A stretch of 64,000 nucleotides of DNA from the human T2T-CHM13v2.0 reference genome, Homo sapiens: assembly GCF_009914755.1 (NCBI RefSeq), contig NC_060940.1; one strand, 5' to 3'. This document shows, piece by piece, positions 1-15,200 of the stretch. The notes beneath the pieces were generated by a model. It was not told the DNA's origin. It was given only the letters and a program-made list of their open reading frames with translations, and did not search any database. Every line of letters starts with the position of its first letter. Positions within the stretch are counted from its first letter, which is position 1. Made by a program: the position numbers and the translations under genes.

Positions 1-3000
1 ATGATTCCTTTCGATTGCATTCGATTATGATTCATTTCGTGTTCATTCTATGGTTCCACAGGTTTCCATTCGTGTCCATTCCATTATTCCATTCTATTCC
101 ATTTGATGATGATTCCGTTCGATTCCATTCATTGGTGATTCCACTCAATTCCATTCAATGATTCCATTCCATTTCTTTCAACAATGATTCCATTAGTTTC
201 TAATCGATGATCCACTTGATTCCATTTGACGACGATTCCATTCTTGTCCATTCGATGATTCCATTTGATTCCATATGATGATGATTCCATTCGATTCCAT
301 ACCATGATGATTCCATTCGAGTCCATTCAATGGTGATTCCATTCAATTCCATTCGATGATTCCTTTTGATTCCATTCGATGATGATGGCATTCGATTCCT
401 TTCAATCATTCCCTTTGATTCCATTCAAAGGTGATTTCATTCAAGTCCATTCGATAATTGCATTCGATTCCATTCTATGATGATTCCATTCGAGTCCATT
501 TGATGATTCCATTCAATTCAAGTCAATGATGATTCCATTCGATTCCATTCGATGATTCCATTGGATTCCATTCGATGGTGATTCCATTCAAATCCATTCG
601 ATAATTCAATTCAAGTCCATTCGATGACGATTCCAATCGAATCCATTCAAAGATTCCATTCAGTTCCATTCGATGATTCCCTTAGATTCCATTCGATGAT
701 TCCACTTGATTGCATTTACGATGATTCCATTCGATTCCATGTGATGATTCCATTCAATTCTATTCAATGATGTCTCCATTTGATTCCATTCGACCATGAT
801 TGCCTTTGATTCCATTCAATGATTCCATTCGGTTCCGTTTGATGATGATTCCGTTCGATTCCATTTGATGATTCCATTTGATTCCATTGGATGAGTCCAT
901 TCGATTACATTCGATGATTATTCCATTCGAGTGCATTAGATGATTCCATTCGAGTCCATTCGATGATTCCATTCGATTCCATTCGATGTTGATTCTGTTC
1001 AAATCCATTCGATGATTCCACTCGATTCCATTCGTTGACTCCATTTGATCCCATTCGATGATTTCCTTTGATTCCCTTTGATGATCATTCCATTTGATTC
1101 AATTCGGTGATTTCATTTGATTCCATTCAGTGATGTTTCCATTCGACTCCATTCGATGATGATTCCATTCGACTCCATTCGATTATGATTTCATTCAATT
1201 CCATTCGATAATGATTCCCTTCGAGTCCATTCGATGATTCCATTCGATTCCATTCAACGATGATTTGATTCGTGTCCATTCGATGATTCCATTTGATTCC
1301 ACTTGATGATGATTCCATTCGAGTCCATTTGATGATTCCATTCAATTCCATACTCCGATGATTTCTTTTGAGCCCACTCAATGCTTCCACTCGATTCCAT
1401 ATGATGATGACTCCATTCGATGAAATTCGATGATGATTCCATTCGCTTGCTTTCGATGATGATTCCACTTGAGTCCGTTAGAAGATTCTATTCAATTACA
1501 TTCCAGGACGATTCCGTTCGAGTCCATTTGATGATTCCATTAGACTCCATTCGACGATGATTCCATTCGATGTTATTCGATGATTCCATTCGATCTCATT
1601 CGATGATGATTCCATTCAACTCCATTCGATGTTTCCATTCGAGTTCATTCTATTATTCCATTAGATTCCATTCGATGATGATTCCATTCGATTCCATTTG
1701 ATGATTGCATTCTATTTCATTTGATGATGATTCCATTCGAGTCCACTCGATGATTCCATTCGAGTCCATTTAATGAACCCATTGGTTTCAATTCTATGAT
1801 GATTACATTGGATTCCATTCGTTGATGATTTCATTCGGTTCCATTCAATGATGATTCCATTCAATTCCTTTCAATGTTTCCATTCAATTCCATACGATGA
1901 TGATTCCATTTGATTTGATTCGACAGTGAGCCATTCGATTCAATTCCATGATGATTCTATTTGATTCAATTGGTTGACATTTCCATTCGATTCCATTCGA
2001 TGATGATTCCCTTTGATTCCGTTCAAAGATGATTCCATTCTAGCCCATTCAATCATTCCATTCGATTCTATTCAATGATGATTCCATTCATGTCGATTTG
2101 GTGATTCCATTTGACTTCATTTGATGATGATTCCTTTCAAGTTCATTAGATGATTCCATTCGATTCCATTTGATGATGATCCCATTCGAGTCCATTCAGT
2201 GATTCCATTCGTTTCTATTCCATGATGATTCCATTCCTTTCCATTCAATGATTCCATTCGATTCCGTTTGATGATGATTTCATTGGAGTCCATTTGATGA
2301 TTCCATTTGATTCCATTCGATGATGATTCCATTCGAGTCCATTCGATGATTCTATTCGAATCCATTTGATGATTTCTTTTGATTATATTTGGTGATGATT
2401 CCATTGGAGTCCATTCAATGATTCCATTCTATTCCAATCGATGATGATTCCATTAGAGTCCATTTAATGATTCCATTTGATTCCAGTCTCTGATGATTAC
2501 ATTCGAGTCCATACGATGATTCCACTCAATTCCATATGATGATGATTCCATTTGATTCCATTCGGTGATTCCATTCTATTCTATTCAATGGTGATTCCAT
2601 TCGAGTACATTAGATGATTCCATTCGATTCCATTCAATGATGATTCTATTTGTGTCCCTTAGATGATTCCACATGATTCCATTAGATGATGATACTATTT
2701 GAGCCCATCCAATGATTCCCTTCGATTCCATTCGATGAGGATTCCATTCGATTCAATTCATTGGTGATTCTATTCAATTCAATTCTTTGATTCCATTCCA
2801 TTCCATTCGACAATGATTCCATTCGATTTCTTTCGATGATTCCACTCGATTCCACTTGACACTGATTCCATTCGATTCCATTCAATGATTCCATTTGATT
2901 CCAGTGGATGATGATTGCCATCGATTCCATTCGATCACTCCATTCTATTCCATTTGATGATGATTACATTCGATTCCATTTGATGATTCCATCTGATTCT

Positions 3001-6000
3001 ATTCGAGGATTCCATTTGATTCCATTCGATGATGATTCCATTCGAGTCCGTTCGATGATTTCATTCGAGTACATCCAATGATTCCATTCGAGTCCATTAG
3101 ATGATTCCATTTGATTCCATTTGAAAATGATTCTACTAGAGTCCATTCAATGACTCCATTCGAGTCCATTCAACAATTCCATTCGACTCCATTCGATGAT
3201 TCCATTCGATTCCATTTGATGGTTCCATTCGAGTCCATTTAATCATTACAGTCGAGTCCATTTGGTGATTCCACTGGATTTCTTTTGATAATGATACCAT
3301 TCCATTACATTTGATGATGATCCCATTCAATTTCATTTGATGATGATTCCATTAGAGTCCATTCGATGATTTCATTCGAGTCCCTTCATTGATTCCATCC
3401 GATTTCATTGGATGATGACTCCATTCGAGTCCATTCGATGATTCCACTCGATTCCATTAGATGACTCCATTGGAGTCCATTTGATTGTTCCATTCGATTC
3501 CATTCGATTCCTTTCGAAGATTATTCCATTTGAGTCCATTCGATGATGATTCCATTCCATTCCATTCGATGATTCCGTTTGATTCCATTCGATGATTCCC
3601 TTCGATTCCTTTCTTTGATGATTCCATTCCATTCCATTCAATGATTCCATTCGAATCTATTCCATGATGATTCCTTTCGATTCCATTCGCTGATGTTTCC
3701 GTTCAATTCCATTCGATGATGATTCCATTCGATTCCATTCATTGAGGATTCCATTTGATTCCATTCAATGATGATTCCATTCTATTCCATTCAATGATTG
3801 CATTCAATTCCATTCAATGATTATCCCATTAGAGTAAACTCAACGATTCCATTCAATACCATTCGATGATGATTCCTTTTGAGTCCATTCAATGATTTCA
3901 TTCAAGTCCATTTGATGATTCCTTTCAATTCCATTCTATGATGATTCCATTCGAGTCCATTCGATGATTCCATTCGATTGCATTCGATGATTCCATTATA
4001 TTCCACTCAACGATGATTCCATTCGAGTCCATTCGATGATTCCATTAGAGTACATTTAATGATTGCTTTGTTTTCAATTCGAATATGATTACATTGGATT
4101 CCATTCTATGATACCATTCGATTCCATTCAATGATGATTCCACTCAAATCCATTGGATGATTCCATTCGTGTCCATTCGGTGATTTCATTAGATTCCATT
4201 CGAGGATGATTCCATTCGATTCCATTCGATGATTCCATTCAATTCCATTCGATGATGATTCCATTCCAGTCCATATGATCATTCCATTTGATTTCATTCG
4301 ATGATGATTCCATTCAATTCGATTCGACGATTCCATTCTATTCCATTCGATGATGATTCCATTCGAGTCCATTCGATGATTCCATTCGAGTCCATTTAAT
4401 GATTCCATTGGGTTCAATTCAATGATGATTACATTGGATTCCGTTCTATGATTCCATTCAATTCCGTTCATTGACAATTTGATTCCATTCGATGATGATT
4501 CCATTTGAGTTCATTCGATGATTCTATTCGATTCTCTTCGATGGTGATTCAATTCTATTATATTGGATGATTCCATTCGATTCCATTTGATGTTGATTCA
4601 ATTCGATTCTATTCGATGATGATTCCATTGGATTTCACTTGATGATTCTATTCGATTCCATTCAATGATGATTCACTTCTCGTCCATTGGATGATTCCAT
4701 TTCATTCCATTCGATGATGATTCCATTCGATTCCATTCGATGATTCCATTTGATTCCATGCGACGGTGAGCAATTCGATTCAATTCCATGATGATTCTAT
4801 TTGATTCAATTAGATGATGTTTCCATTCGAATCCATTCCATGATTATTCCATTGGAATCCATTCGGCGATGATTCCATATGAGTCAATTCAATGATGATT
4901 CCATATGGGTCCGTTCGATGATAATTCCATTTGATTTCATTCGATGCTTCTATTCTATTCCAGTCGATGATGATTCCGTTGGAGTCCATACGATGATTCC
5001 ATTTGATTTCATTTGATGATGATTCCATTCGATGATGATTACATTGGATTCCATTCTATGATTCCATTCAATTCCATTCGTTGATGATTCGATTCCATTC
5101 AATGATGATTCCATTTGAGTTCATTCGATGATTCTATTCGATTCCGTTCGATGGTGATTCAATTCTATTATATTGGATGATTCCACTCGATTCCATTTGA
5201 TGATTATTCCATTGGAGTCCACTTAGTTCATCCTTTAGATTCTACTCGACGATGATTCCATTCGAGTCCATTCGATGATACCATTCAATTCCATTCGTTG
5301 ATGCTTCCATTCAAGTGCATTCGATGATATCATTCGATTCCATTTGATGATAATTCCATTTGATTCCATGCGATGATTCTATTCGATTCCATTCAATGAT
5401 AATTCCATTCAATTCAGTGATTCCTCTGGACTCCATTTGATGATGATTCCATTCAATGATTCCATTCGATTCTATTCGAAAATGATTCCATTTGAATCCA
5501 TTTGATGATGATTCCATTAGATTCCATTTGATGATTCCATTCGATTCCATTCGACGATGATTCCATTCGATTCCGTTTGATGATTCCATTCTATTCTATT
5601 CGATGATGATTCCATTCGATTCCATTCGATGATGATTGGATTCGATTCCATTGGATGATTTCATTTGATTCCATTCGTTAATGATTTCGATCAATTCCAT
5701 TCGATGATTCCATTCGATTCCATTCGATAATGATTACATCCGAGTCCATTCGATGATTCCCTTTGAGCCTGTTCGATAATTCCATTTGAGTCCAACCAAT
5801 GATTCCATTCATTTCCATTCAATGATTCCATTCGAGTCCATTTGATCATTCCGGTAGGGTCCATTCGATGTTGATTCCATTGGAGTGCATTCGATGATTC
5901 CATTCGAGTCCATTTTAGGATTTGATTCGAGTCCTTTCGATGATTCCATTCGATTCCACTCGATGATGATTTCATTCGAGTCCATTCGACACTTCCAATC

Positions 6001-6112
6001 GATTCCATTTGATGATTCCATTCGAGTCCAATTGATGATTCCATTCAATTCCATTCGATGATGATTCCGTACGATTCCATTCTGTGATGATTCCATGTGA
6101 TTGCATTCAATG
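1..6112 (+). repeat. 6,112-bp higher-order unit 1 (haplotype A; phase arbitrary, set at window base 1)
   Basis: Landmark TGGTTCCACAGGTTTCC at 51 recurs at 6163; every ORF recurs at +6112. Confidence 0.95.
4802..4812 (-). promoter_or_regulatory. Candidate DUX4 double-homeodomain motif TAATTGAATCA (repeated at the same position in most units)
   Basis: TGATTCAATTA on + matches the reverse complement of the DUX4 consensus TAAYBBAATCA. It is also at 10914, 17026, 26986, 33062, 39150, 45213, 57085 and 63196. Binding at this exact site is inferred, not shown. Confidence 0.4.
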
Positions 6113-9100
6113 ATGATTCCTTTCGATTGCATTCGATTATGATTCATTTCGTGTTCATTCTATGGTTCCACAGGTTTCCATTCGTGTCCATTCCATTATT
6201 CCATTCTATTCCATTTGATGATGATTCCATTCGATTCCATTCATTGGTGATTCCACTCAATTCCATTCAATGATTCCATTCCATTTCTTTCAACAATGAT
6301 TCCATTAGTTTCTAATCGATGATCCACTTGATTCCATTTGACGACGATTCCATTCTTGTCCATTCGATGATTCCATTTGATTCCATATGATGATGATTCC
6401 ATTCGATTCCATACCATGATGATTCCATTCGAGTCCATTCAATGGTGATTCCATTCAATTCCATTCGATGATTCCTTTTGATTCCATTCGATGATGATGG
6501 CATTCGATTCCTTTCAATCATTCCCTTTGATTCCATTCAAAGGTGATTTCATTCAAGTCCATTCGATAATTGCATTCGATTCCATTCTATGATGATTCCA
6601 TTCGAGTCCATTTGATGATTCCATTCAATTCAAGTCAATGATGATTCCATTCGATTCCATTCGATGATTCCATTGGATTCCATTCGATGATGATTCCATT
6701 CAAATCCATTCGATAATTCAATTCAAGTCCATTCGATGATGATTCCAATCGAATCCATTCAAAGATTCCATTCAGTTCCATTCGATGATTCCCTTAGATT
6801 CCATTCGATGATTCCACTTGATTGCATTTACGATGATTCCATTCGATTCCATGTGATGATTCCATTCAATTCTATTCAATGATGTCTCCATTTGATTCCA
6901 TTCGACCATGATTGCCTTTGATTCCATTCAATGATTCCATTCGGTTCCGTTTGATGATGATTCCGTTCGATTCCATTTGATGATTCCATTTGATTCCATT
7001 GGATGAGTCCATTCGATTACATTCGATGATTATTCCATTCGAGTGCATTAGATGATTCCATTCGAGTCCATTCGATGATTCCATTCGATTCCATTCGATG
7101 TTGATTCTGTTCAAATCCATTCGATGATTCCACTCGATTCCATTCGTTGACTCCATTTGATCCCATTCGATGATTTCCTTTGATTCCCTTTGATGATCAT
7201 TCCATTTGATTCAATTCGGTGATTTCATTTGATTCCATTCAGTGATGTTTCCATTCGACTCCATTCGATGATGATTCCATTCGACTCCATTCGATTATGA
7301 TTTCATTCAATTCCATTCGATAATGATTCCCTTCGAGTCCATTCGATGATTCCATTCGATTCCATTCAACGATGATTTGATTCGTGTCCATTCGATGATT
7401 CCATTTGATTCCACTTGATGATGATTCCATTCGAGTCCATTTGATGATTCCATTCAATTCCATACTCCGATGATTTCTTTTGAGCCCACTCAATGCTTCC
7501 ACTCGATTCCATATGATGATGACTCCATTCGATGAAATTCGATGATGATTCCATTCGCTTGCTTTCGATGATGATTCCACTTGAGTCCGTTAGAAGATTC
7601 TATTCAATTACATTCCAGGACGATTCCGTTCGAGTCCATTTGATGATTCCATTAGACTCCATTCGACGATGATTCCATTCGATGTTATTCGATGATTCCA
7701 TTCGATCTCATTCGATGATGATTCCATTCAACTCCATTCGATGTTTCCATTCGAGTTCATTCTATTATTCCATTAGATTCCATTCGATGATGATTCCATT
7801 CGATTCCATTTGATGATTGCATTCTATTTCATTTGATGATGATTCCATTCGAGTCCACTCGATGATTCCATTCGAGTCCATTTAATGAACCCATTGGTTT
7901 CAATTCTATGATGATTACATTGGATTCCATTCGTTGATGATTTCATTCGGTTCCATTCAATGATGATTCCATTCAATTCCTTTCAATGTTTCCATTCAAT
8001 TCCATACGATGATGATTCCATTTGATTTGATTCGACAGTGAGCCATTCGATTCAATTCCATGATGATTCTATTTGATTCAATTGGTTGACATTTCCATTC
8101 GATTCCATTCGATGATGATTCCCTTTGATTCCGTTCAAAGATGATTCCATTCTAGCCCATTCAATCATTCCATTCGATTCTATTCAATGATGATTCCATT
8201 CATGTCGATTTGGTGATTCCATTTGACTTCATTTGATGATGATTCCTTTCAAGTTCATTAGATGATTCCATTCGATTCCATTTGATGATGATCCCATTCG
8301 AGTCCATTCAGTGATTCCATTCGTTTCTATTCCATGATGATTCCATTCCTTTCCATTCAATGATTCCATTCGATTCCGTTTGATGATGATTTCATTGGAG
8401 TCCATTTGATGATTCCATTTGATTCCATTCGATGATGATTCCATTCGAGTCCATTCGATGATTCTATTCGAATCCATTTGATGATTTCTTTTGATTATAT
8501 TTGGTGATGATTCCATTGGAGTCCATTCAATGATTCCATTCTATTCCAATCGATGATGATTCCATTAGAGTCCATTTAATGATTCCATTTGATTCCAGTC
8601 TCTGATGATTACATTCGAGTCCATACGATGATTCCACTCAATTCCATATGATGATGATTCCATTTGATTCCATTCGGTGATTCCATTCTATTCTATTCAA
8701 TGGTGATTCCATTCGAGTACATTAGATGATTCCATTCGATTCCATTCAATGATGATTCTATTTGTGTCCCTTAGATGATTCCACATGATTCCATTAGATG
8801 ATGATACTATTTGAGCCCATCCAATGATTCCCTTCGATTCCATTCGATGAGGATTCCATTCGATTCAATTCATTGGTGATTCTATTCAATTCAATTCTTT
8901 GATTCCATTCCATTCCATTCGACAATGATTCCATTCGATTTCTTTCGATGATTCCACTCGATTCCACTTGACACTGATTCCATTCGATTCCATTCAATGA
9001 TTCCATTTGATTCCAGTGGATGATGATTGCCATCGATTCCATTCGATCACTCCATTCTATTCCATTTGATGATGATTACATTCGATTCCATTTGATGATT

Positions 9101-12100
9101 CCATCTGATTCTATTCGAGGATTCCATTTGATTCCATTCGATGATGATTCCATTCGAGTCCGTTCGATGATTTCATTCGAGTACATCCAATGATTCCATT
9201 CGAGTCCATTAGATGATTCCATTTGATTCCATTTGAAAATGATTCTACTAGAGTCCATTCAATGACTCCATTCGAGTCCATTCAACAATTCCATTCGACT
9301 CCATTCGATGATTCCATTCGATTCCATTTGATGGTTCCATTCGAGTCCATTTAATCATTACAGTCGAGTCCATTTGGTGATTCCACTGGATTTCTTTTGA
9401 TAATGATACCATTCCATTACATTTGATGATGATCCCATTCAATTTCATTTGATGATGATTCCATTAGAGTCCATTCGATGATTTCATTCGAGTCCCTTCA
9501 TTGATTCCATCCGATTTCATTGGATGATGACTCCATTCGAGTCCATTCGATGATTCCACTCGATTCCATTAGATGACTCCATTGGAGTCCATTTGATTGT
9601 TCCATTCGATTCCATTCGATTCCTTTCGAAGATTATTCCATTTGAGTCCATTCGATGATGATTCCATTCCATTCCATTCGATGATTCCGTTTGATTCCAT
9701 TCGATGATTCCCTTCGATTCCTTTCTTTGATGATTCCATTCCATTCCATTCAATGATTCCATTCGAATCTATTCCATGATGATTCCTTTCGATTCCATTC
9801 GCTGATGTTTCCGTTCAATTCCATTCGATGATGATTCCATTCGATTCCATTCATTGAGGATTCCATTTGATTCCATTCAATGATGATTCCATTCTATTCC
9901 ATTCAATGATTGCATTCAATTCCATTCAATGATTATCCCATTAGAGTAAACTCAACGATTCCATTCAATACCATTCGATGATGATTCCTTTTGAGTCCAT
10001 TCAATGATTTCATTCAAGTCCATTTGATGATTCCTTTCAATTCCATTCTATGATGATTCCATTCGAGTCCATTCGATGATTCCATTCGATTGCATTCGAT
10101 GATTCCATTATATTCCATTCAACGGTGATTCCATTCGAGTCCATTCCATGATTCCATTAGAGTACATTTAATGATTGCTTTGTTTTCAATTCGAAGATGA
10201 TTACATTGGATTCCATTCTATGATACCATTCGATTCCATTCAATGATGATTCCACTCAAATCCATTGGATGATTCCATTCGTGTCCATTCGGTGATTTCA
10301 TTAGATTCCATTCGAGGATGATTCCATTCGATTCCATTCGATGATTCCATTCAATTCCATTCGATGATGATTCCATTCCAGTCCATATGATCATTCCATT
10401 TGATTTCATTCGATGATGATTCCATTCGATTCCATTCGACGATTCCATTCTATTCCATTCGATGATGATTCCATTCGAGTCCATTCGATGATTCCATTCG
10501 AGTCCATTTAATGATTCCATTGGGTTCAATTCAATGATGATTACATTGGATTCCGTTCTATGATTCCATTCAATTCCGTTCATTGACAATTTGATTCCAT
10601 TCGATGATGATTCCATTTGAGTTCATTCGATGATTCTATTCGATTCTCTTCGATGGTGATTCAATTCTATTATATTGGATGATTCCATTCGATTCCATTT
10701 GATGTTGATTCAATTCGATTCTATTCGATGATGATTCCATTGGATTTCACTTGATGATTCTATTCGATTCCATTCAATGATGATTCACTTCTCGTCCATT
10801 GGATGATTCCATTTCATTCCATTCGATGATGATTCCATTCGATTCCATTCGATGATTCCATTTGATTCCATGCGACGGTGAGCAATTCGATTCAATTCCA
10901 TGATGATTCTATTTGATTCAATTAGATGATGTTTCCATTCGAATCCATTCCATGATTATTCCATTGGAATCCATTCGGCGATGATTCCATATGAGTCAAT
11001 TCAATGATGATTCCATATGGGTCCGTTCGATGATAATTCCATTTGATTTCATTCGATGCTTCTATTCTATTCCAGTCGATGATGATTCCGTTGGAGTCCA
11101 TACGATGATTCCATTTGATTTCATTTGATGATGATTCCATTCGATGATGATTACATTGGATTCCATTCTATGATTCCATTCAATTCCATTCGTTGATGAT
11201 TCGATTCCATTCAATGATGATTCCATTTGAGTTCATTCGATGATTCTATTCGATTCCGTTCGATGGTGATTCAATTCTATTATATTGGATGATTCCACTC
11301 GATTCCATTTGATGATTATTCCATTGGAGTCCACTTAGTTCATCCTTTAGATTCTACTCGACGATGATTCCATTCGAGTCCATTCGATGATACCATTCAA
11401 TTCCATTCGTTGATGCTTCCATTCAAGTGCATTCGATGATATCATTCGATTCCATTTGATGATAATTCCATTTGATTCCATGCGATGATTCTATTCGATT
11501 CCATTCAATGATAATTCCATTCAATTCAGTGATTCCTCTGGACTCCATTTGATGATGATTCCATTCAATGATTCCATTCGATTCTATTCGAAAATGATTC
11601 CATTTGAATCCATTTGATGATGATTCCATTAGATTCCATTTGATGATTCCATTCGATTCCATTCGACGATGATTCCATTCGATTCCGTTTGATGATTCCA
11701 TTCTATTCTATTCGATGATGATTCCATTCGATTCCATTCGATGATGATTGGATTCGATTCCATTGGATGATTTCATTTGATTCCATTCGTTAATGATTTC
11801 GATCAATTCCATTCGATGATTCCATTCGATTCCATTCGATAATGATTACATCCGAGTCCATTCGATGATTCCCTTTGAGCCTGTTCGATAATTCCATTTG
11901 AGTCCAACCAATGATTCCATTCATTTCCATTCAATGATTCCATTCGAGTCCATTTGATCATTCCGGTAGGGTCCATTCGATGTTGATTCCATTGGAGTGC
12001 ATTCGATGATTCCATTCGAGTCCATTTTAGGATTTGATTCGAGTCCTTTCGATGATTCCATTCGATTCCACTCGATGATGATTTCATTCGAGTCCATTCG

Positions 12101-12224
12101 ACACTTCCAATCGATTCCATTTGATGATTCCATTCGAGTCCAATTGATGATTCCATTCAATTCCATTCGATGATGATTCCGTACGATTCCATTCTGTGAT
12201 GATTCCATGTGATTGCATTCAATG
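6113..12224 (+). repeat. 6,112-bp unit 2 (haplotype A)
   Basis: Landmark at 6163; ORF translations essentially identical to unit 1. Confidence 0.95.
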
Positions 12225-15200
12225 ATGATTCCTTTCGATTGCATTCGATTATGATTCATTTCGTGTTCATTCTATGGTTCCACAGGTTTCCATTCGTGTC
12301 CATTCCATTATTCCATTCTATTCCATTTGATGATGATTCCATTCGATTCCATTCATTGGTGATTCCACTCAATTCCATTCAATGATTCCATTCCATTTCT
12401 TTCAACAATGATTCCATTAGTTTCTAATCGATGATCCACTTGATTCCATTTGACGACGATTCCATTCTTGTCCATTCGATGATTCCATTTGATTCCATAT
12501 GATGATGATTCCATTCGATTCCATACCATGATGATTCCATTCGAGTCCATTCAATGGTGATTCCATTCAATTCCATTCGATGATTCCTTTTGATTCCATT
12601 CGATGATGATGGCATTCGATTCCTTTCAATCATTCCCTTTGATTCCATTCAAAGGTGATTTCATTCAAGTCCATTCGATAATTGCATTCGATTCCATTCT
12701 ATGATGATTACATTCGAGTCCATTTGATGATTCCATTCAATTCAAGTCAATGATGATTCCATTCGATTCCATTCGATGATTCCATTGGATTCCATTCGAT
12801 GATGATTCCATTCAAATCCATTCGATAATTCAATTCAAGTCCATTCGATGATGATTCCAATCGAATCCATTCAAAGATTCCATTCAGTTCCATTCGATGA
12901 TTCCCTTAGATTCCATTCGATGATTCCACTTGATTGCATTTACGATGATTCCATTCGATTCCATGTGATGATTCCATTCAATTCTATTCAATGATGTCTC
13001 CATTTGATTCCATTCGACCATGATTGCCTTTGATTCCATTCAATGATTCCATTCGGTTCCGTTTGATGATGATTCCGTTCGATTCCATTTGATGATTCCA
13101 TTTGATTCCATTGGATGAGTCCATTCGATTACATTCGATGATTATTCCATTCGAGTGCATTAGATGATTCCATTCGAGTCCATTCGATGATTCCATTCGA
13201 TTCCATTCGATGTTGATTCTGTTCAAATCCATTCGATGATTCCACTCGATTCCATTCGTTGACTCCATTTGATCCCATTCGATGATTTCCTTTGATTCCC
13301 TTTGATGATCATTCCATTTGATTCAATTCGGTGATTTCATTTGATTCCATTCAGTGATGTTTCCATTCGACTCCATTCGATGATGATTCCATTCGACTCC
13401 ATTCGATTATGATTTCATTCAATTCCATTCGATAATGATTCCCTTCGAGTCCATTCGATGATTCCATTCGATTCCATTCAACGATGATTTGATTCGTGTC
13501 CATTCGATGATTCCATTTGATTCCACTTGATGATGATTCCATTCGAGTCCATTTGATGATTCCATTCAATTCCATACTCCGATGATTTCTTTTGAGCCCA
13601 CTCAATGCTTCCACTCGATTCCATATGATGATGACTCCATTCGATGAAATTCGATGATGATTCCATTCGCTTGCTTTCGATGATGATTCCACTTGAGTCC
13701 GTTAGAAGATTCTATTCAATTACATTCCAGGACGATTCCGTTCGAGTCCATTTGATGATTCCATTAGACTCCATTCGACGATGATTCCATTCGATGTTAT
13801 TCGATGATTCCATTCGATCTCATTCGATGATGATTCCATTCAACTCCATTCGATGTTTCCATTCGAGTTCATTCTATTATTCCATTAGATTCCATTCGAT
13901 GATGATTCCATTCGATTCCATTTGATGATTGCATTCTATTTCATTTGATGATGATTCCATTCGAGTCCACTCGATGATTCCATTCGAGTCCATTTAATGA
14001 ATCCATTGGTTTCAATTCTATGATGATTACATTGGATTCCATTCGTTGATGATTTCATTCGGTTCCATTCAATGATGATTCCATTCAATTCCTTTCAATG
14101 TTTCCATTCAATTCCATATGATGATGATTCCATTTGATTTGATTCGACAGTGAGCCATTCGATTCAATTCCATGATGATTCTATTTGATTCAATTGGTTG
14201 ACATTTCCATTCGATTCCATTCGATGATGATTCCCTTTGATTCCGTTCAAAGATGATTCCATTCTAGCCCATTCAATCATTCCATTCGATTCTATTCAAT
14301 GATGATTCCATTCATGTCGATTTGGTGATTCCATTTGACTTCATTTGATGATGATTCCTTTCAAGTTCATTAGATGATTCCATTCGATTCCATTTGATGA
14401 TGATCCCATTCGAGTCCATTCAGTGATTCCATTCGTTTCTATTCCATGATGATTCCATTCCTTTCCATTCAATGATCCCATTCGATTCCGTTTGATGATG
14501 ATTTCATTGGAGTCCATTTGATGATTCCATTTGATTCCATTCGATGATGATTCCATTCGAGTCCATTCGATGATTCTATTCGAATCCATTTGATGATTTC
14601 TTTTGATTATATTTGGTGATGATTCCATTGGAGTCCATTCAATGATTCCATTCTATTCCAATCGATGATGATTCCATTAGAGTCCATTTAATGATTCCAT
14701 TTGATTCCAGTCTCTGATGATTACATTCGAGTCCATACGATGATTCCACTCAATTCCATATGATGATGATTCCATTTGATTCCATTCGGTGATTCCATTC
14801 TATTCTATTCAATGGTGATTCCATTCGAGTACATTAGATGATTCCATTCGATTCCATTCAATGATGATTCTATTTGTGTCCCTTAGATGATTCCACATGA
14901 TTCCATTAGATGATGATACTATTTGAGCCCATCCAATGATTCCCTTCGATTCCATTCGATGAGGATTCCATTCGATTCAATTCATTGGTGATTCTATTCA
15001 ATTCAATTCTTTGATTCCATTCCATTCCATTCGACAATGATTCCATTCGATTTCTTTCGATGATTCCACTCGATTCCACTTGACACTGATTCCATTCGAT
15101 TCCATTCAATGATTCCATTTGATTCCAGTGGATGATGATTGCCATCGATTCCATTCGATCACTCCATTCTATTCCATTTGATGATGATTACATTCGATTC

